The notes under the pieces: generated by a model
Database searches by the model: none
What the model saw: the letters and a program-made list of their open reading frames with translations, nothing else
What the model was told of the DNA's origin: nothing
Origin: Octopus vulgaris
Lineage: Eukaryota
Reading direction: 5' to 3'
Assembly: GCA_951406725.2 (NCBI GenBank)
Contig: OX597817.1
Location: 145,514,001-145,578,000 of the forward strand
Length of the DNA stretch: 64,000 nucleotides
Position numbers and translations under genes: made by a program
Shown: positions 60,687-64,000 of the stretch, one piece after another
Numbering within the stretch: the stretch's first letter is position 1
Layout of the letters: the number at the start of each line of letters is the position of its first letter

Positions 60687-60769
60687 GTAACAGCTGCTCC
60701 TTGGTGGGTGTCTGTTAATGGAGCTTTCTGGAGAGCACCAGAAGGTAATGATTCATCAATAAGAGACAG
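60687..60769 (+). CDS. SUMF1: SUMF1 exon 3 (VTAAPWWVSVNGAFWRAPEGNDSSIRD); gene continues past window
   Basis: Long T tract then tttag; gtgtgt donor; 83 nt; APWW..V.GA.WR.PEG motif. Follows a 19.3-kb intron. Confidence 0.92.
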
Positions 60770-60892
60770 GTGTGTATCTGACTTTGAATCATAATAAAAT
60801 ACCTGTATAAATATTTCATAGCTGTGTGTATGAGCTATCTCTGTTTATCTGACTGCCTGTCTATCCAACTATCCATAAGCTCGTTTCGAGTT

Positions 60893-61480
60893 ATAATAAT
60901 AATAATGAAATTATTGTATACTGTGCTCAGGTGCACCACAACTTGTCAAAAGTGTGTATAAAGCATGTGCCTTAATGTACAAATGTCTGGGAAGTGAACA
61001 GTGTATGAGTCAGATACATGCTTGCGTGTGTATGGAGGGGAGAAAATCAGGTGTAGTGTTGGTGAATCTCAGGAGGCATGGAAGTTTTGAAGGATGCAGT
61101 ACTCTGACAACTAACAACTGATGCCGGCAGTTTGTTCCATGCTTTAGCAACTCTTAGTGTGAAAAAATGTTTCCGAAAGTCATGGGAGCTGTGCTGTTTT
61201 CTGACTTTGTAAACATGTCCACGGGTGTTAGACAGGTGGAGTTTGAAAAGGTGTTCAGAGTTATTGTTTGTAAGATAATATAATAATGAAATTATTGTAT
61301 ACAGTGCTCAGGTGCATCACAACTTGTCAAAAGTGTGTATAAAGCATGTGCATTAATGTACAAATGTCTGGGAAGTGAACAGTGTATGAGTCAGATACAT
61401 TCTTCTGTATGTATGGAGGGGAGAAAATCAGGTTTAGTGTTGGCGAATCTCAGGAAGCATGGAAGTTTTGAAGGATGCAG
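60893..61480 (-). pseudogene. Two tandem CR1 3' fragments
   Basis: The 3' UTR and tail occur twice (about 60893-61275 and 61276-61480). Confidence 0.85.
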
Positions 61481-61753
61481 TTGTCGATGTATAGGGAACT
61501 GTGAGTATGAGGATGCTGCATTTCATCCGGGCACACTGCTACAGTTTTATAGTAGAGTGGAATGAAATGATGTTGCTAAGAATAACTAACAGTGCAAGGA
61601 AAGATATAGCTGTGTAGTTAAGTAGTTTACTTCACAATCTCATGGTTCAGCCGGATGCTCTTCCTGTCACCAACCCTTATCTGTTTTCAAGCAAATTAAT
61701 ATTTTCGCATAGCCAGACATGTATTCATGAAGGATTGGAAATGAATGAGGGCC

Positions 61754-61961
61754 ATCTTTCGGTACAAGTACCATAACTGCCATGTGTGTTTGTTTACATT
61801 TGAAGAAGATTATCACTCTCCGTAAAGTTTTTTTTTTTTTTATATATGGAGGGTTAGGGTTTGGGTTAGGGGTGGGAGAAAAGGGTTTCTTTTTTCTTCA
61901 GAAATTTAAACAAACCCACATGGGTTTATAATTGGCAGTTATGGTACTTGTACCTTAAGAT
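61754..61961. mobile_element. Small MITE-like element with internal TTAGGG-like repeats
   Basis: ggtacaagtaccataactgcca / tggcagttatggtacttgtacc inverted termini. Confidence 0.7.
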
Positions 61962-64000
61962 CACCTGAATAAGATTGCTTATGATGGTGACACTCATTTA
62001 CAACTGCAACATAGTGTAAACACACATACACACACTCAGATATAAGCAGAATGGGCTTCTTTCAGTTTCTGTCTACCAAATCCACTTGCAACACTTTAGT
62101 CAGCCTGGGAATGTACAGTGTGTTTAGGAAGTAAATTTTTAATCACTTAGTCATACTATATGTATGTACATCATTTTTCTTTGTGTATGTGTATGTGTTG
62201 AATGGGTTTATGCTGTTGTTTTTTTTGGGGGGGGAGGGTGAGAGGTGTGTGTGTGTTGAGTGGGTTTATGCTGTTGTTTTTTATTTTATTTTTTTTTCAT
62301 TTTGTCTTTTGTGAGAGGAAATGATACTAATACAGACACACACATACACGCCGAAATTTGCATTTATTAACATAGATGTATGTATTATGTGTACATTGTT
62401 TTTGCTTGTGTGTGTGTTTTGTTTTGTGGAATGAAACCAGGAGCCTGTATGAGAACACACAGAAATTCACTTCTATCAATATAGATTTGTTCACCCTTGA
62501 AAGGGTGAAAGGCAGAGTTTGGCATCAACAAGATTTGAACACAGAACAGAAAGGATTGTAACAAAAGACAAGGAATTTTGTCTCACACTCTAATGTTTAT
62601 TCAAATCCATCCGTGCTAGCGGGGTGCAAAGAGCACCATACAAGTGTGATCGTTGACAGATCGGCTATTCGAGTATGATTGTTACCAGCATCGCCTTACT
62701 GGCACTTATGCCTATGCTTGTAGGGTGCCAAGAACACCATCCAAGTGTGATTGTTGCCAGAGCAGCCAACTGGCTTCCGTACCCGTGGCACGTAAAAGGG
62801 CACCATTCGAGCGCGATCGATACCAACATCGCTTTACTGGCACGTGTATGAGTGAGGTCATTGCCAGTACTGCCTGACTGGCCCCCGTGCAGGTGGCACG
62901 TAAAAAGCACCCACTACACTCTCGGAGTGGTTGGCGTTAGGAAGGGCATCCAGCTGTAGAAACTCTGCCAGATCAAGACTGGAGCCTGGTGCAGCCATCT
63001 GGTTGCCAGCCCTCAGTCAAATCGTCCAACCCATACTAGCATGGAAAACGGACGTTAAATGATGATGATGATCAGTTTCGTATCTTAATATCACCTTCAT
63101 CATTTTATGTCTGTTCTCATTCAGGGTTAATACTCGCCATGATGTGTTGGAGCATCATATCTCACATGTAGAATTTATTTAAGCATGGTTTCTATGACTA
63201 CATGTCCTTAACACCAACCACCTCACAGAATGTATTGTGTGTATTTTATCATAGCACCAGCACTAGAGAGGTTGTCCTCAAATGACTCTACCAACCAACA
63301 ATTCTATTATTATGAATAGTAAGAAAAATGCTTACATGTTACAGTTATGTATCAACAGAATTTTAAACAAAATATAAACAGCTGGGTATTAAGAAAGTAA
63401 GCCCTTACTATTGTTTTGTGTGTGAATGAGACAGAAAAAAGAAAAATAATGTGAGAGAGAGAGAAAGGAAGGAAGAAAGAGAGAGAATTTTGTAAGTGTG
63501 CTTTACACGTTGAGACCAAACCGTTTTAGTGATATCAAACATGGTATTTGTCTAGATTATGGTAAAATATAAGAACGCCTGGCTGCAGATGTTAATCTCC
63601 TATTTCATATCTCTCAGGGATCAATACAAACATTAGTTAATGTATATTTAATATGTTCATTTACTATTATGTTGTGGTAAAATGGCTATTGAATTCTGAA
63701 ATAACATTCTCATGAATTTGAAATCTATGTTAATTTGATGTAATGGGTGCCAAATAAATTCTGAAATGTAAATGTGATTATAAGTTAATGACCATTTTTT
63801 CTGCTGAGAGCTTATATGCCCCAGTATTAGACTATTTTTTATAGTTCATACATGATGGAAACTTAATCATATTTACAAAATTTTCACTTGTCACTCTTTC
63901 TTAACTTACACAAAATATTAATAAGTAAATTTTACAAAGCTGATTAGTTACTACCTGTATACATTATACGACAGCTTTGTTTGTTATAATGAATTTTGGT

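Overview
Eukaryotic, AT-rich, repeat-dense genomic DNA. The repeat families look like octopus or another coleoid cephalopod; this is inferred from repeat style only. Two spliced genes lie on the + strand: the 3' 16 coding exons of a DCAF1/VprBP orthologue (287-26694; WD40 region and acidic tail) and the first three coding exons of SUMF1/formylglycine-generating enzyme (33612-60769, continuing beyond the window). The introns and the intergenic spacer hold an apparently intact CR1-clade LINE, truncated CR1 3' ends, decayed RTE, Gypsy and Tx1/L1 pieces, Helitrons and Helentron-like elements, foldback/MITE elements and many tRNA-derived SINEs. The most notable signals are: (1) three minimal type-I hammerhead ribozymes with palindromic stem III, one inside a 318-bp unit with 66-bp terminal direct repeats (retrozyme-like) and two inside Penelope-like inverted-repeat elements; (2) a G_GGA_AAC slippery heptamer at the ORF1 stop of the CR1 LINE that would fuse a polyQ ORF1 to an AUG-less ORF2 by -1 frameshifting; (3) a U6 snRNA-SINE chimeric retrocopy flanked by one 15-bp target-site duplication; (4) a GT-AG U12-type minor intron in DCAF1. 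All coordinates were counted by hand, and repeat boundaries are approximate.
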